Shown here: piece after piece, positions 62,507 through 64,000 of the stretch
How positions within the stretch are numbered: the stretch's first letter is position 1
Layout of the letters: the number at the start of each line of letters is the position of its first letter
Origin: Mustelus asterias
Taxonomy: Eukaryota
Reading direction: 5' to 3'
DNA: 64,000 nt
NCBI RefSeq assembly: GCF_964213995.1
Contig: NC_135820.1
Coordinates: 3,596,001 to 3,660,000 of the forward strand
The notes under the pieces: generated by a model
The model's input: only the letters and a program-made list of their open reading frames with translations
Databases searched by the model: none
Told to the model about the DNA's origin: nothing
Program-made: the position numbers and the translations under genes

Positions 62507-64000
62507 TGGTTGGAACGTGACCTCAGACTTTTGTATCTTTTTCCCAAAGGAAGAAGGTGGAACAGAGAATGTCCAGGGTGCGTGGGGTCATTAATTATGC
62601 TGGCTGCTTTGCTGAGGCAGTGGGAAGTGTAGATAGAGTCAATGGATGGGAGGCTGGTTTGTGTGATGGATTGGGCTACATTCACGATCTTTTGTAGTTC
62701 CTTGTGGTCTTGGGCAGAGCAGGAGCCATACCAAGCTGTGATACAACCAGAAAGAGTGTGTTCTATGGTGCATTCGATGGTGTGCAAAGATGTGTAGTTA
62801 GGTGGCGTGGTCATGATAACTTGCCCCTTAGCATCGAACGATGTGTAGTTAGGTGAATTGGCCATGGTAAATGTGTGGGGTTACAGGGAGAGGGGGAGAG
62901 AGAGCTGAGGTAAGATACGCTGTCAGAAAGTTGGTGTAGACTCTTCTGCACTTTAGGGATACAATGATTGGGGGAGGCACTCAAGAGTGTACGTGCTCTC
63001 TTGGGTGCATTTGTTCATTTGAAGAGATGAGAGGACAGCACAGGTACGAGTTTAAAATGGCTTTCTTTCATTGTTAAGAACTACATGACAGAAGCAAAAA
63101 ATTGAACTTTCAGTCTGGCTTCTCAGCCGGGCCCATTAATGTAAGAACTGAACTGAACTCACACACTCCAAAGCCACAATATATTTCAACCCTGATCTCA
63201 TCATCGGAAGTGTTTTTCGCATGTTGTCTCTGCCTAGAAAAACAATCCTTGCAGCTGCTGTTATGGGAAACTGTTGTTTGCCTGCATTGTGTACCCTTCA
63301 GGAATGCAGTCAATATTTAGCTAACCCATCATGCCTTCTGATTCTACATGTAATCACGTGAGCTACAATTATTCAGCTGTGCAGATTTAGTTAACACCTA
63401 CAGTCTAGCATTTAAATGTAATTGTGCATCGGCTGAAATATCTTAAAATGAAGTCTTTGCAGAGACTGAAGCAAACAGGGCTATGTATGTACAGGATCCC
63501 TCATGCTCCCACGGTGGAAAGGAAAGGGTTTATACCAACCTGGCATATCTCCTCTGAGCAACCAGAGGGAACTGATGATGTGACAGTTCCAAACAGTTCA
63601 CAGAGAATCGGCATATCAAATATCCACATCATTTTATTATATTGACACAGTCTGAGGCAAAAGAAGGGAACACAGGCACAACACATTCCGATTGGAATAG
63701 GAATGCAACACTCGAACACAGTGATCATTATTCCATCAAAATAGATAACGATTAATTAATAATACCATCCAAATGTGTACCATCCAAACATTGCCCTCAA
63801 CATTATTAAGCAAACATGACTGTGTTCCTATGTTAGTTGGGATTAATTCCGTGGGGGAACATTCAATATATCAATTGGCTATTGTACATTATAGCTTTAA
63901 CACTTCATAACAATGCATGACAATATTAATATCGTCACTACCTTTCCCTGAGAGCAGAGGTCAATAACAACATGTGAAGCAGCCAAAGACTGATTCGGGG

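Overview
Repeat-dense vertebrate genomic DNA. The HE1-type SINEs and CR1/HER1-type LINEs point to a shark (elasmobranch); there are two assembly gaps. The protein-coding content I can support is a head-to-head pair of PVR/nectin-family immunoglobulin-superfamily genes. Gene A (minus strand, ATG at 33318, running to about 1665) can be assembled exon by exon with GT-AG sites and matching phases: signal peptide, IgV, IgC, an IgC split over two exons, a transmembrane exon, then cytoplasmic exons carrying a YVN (ITT/Grb2-like) motif and an ITIM (SLYSEL), about 394 aa in total. Gene B (plus strand, 44524 to at least 51518) is an inverted paralog. Its IgV exon is interrupted 9 nt before the splice donor by a CR1 insertion that introduces a stop, and I found no downstream C2b/TM exons, so it is either a pseudogene or encodes a soluble IgV. 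The rest is CR1 LINEs (one keeps an SGNH-esterase ORF1), Rex1/Babar-like LINE ends, two tRNA-derived SINE families, MITE-like elements, SINE-derived 51/52-bp minisatellites, and Penelope-like fragments carrying minimal hammerhead-ribozyme motifs, one of them folded into a 90-bp-arm palindrome inside gene A intron 4. Exon boundaries were read by eye; repeat boundaries are approximate.
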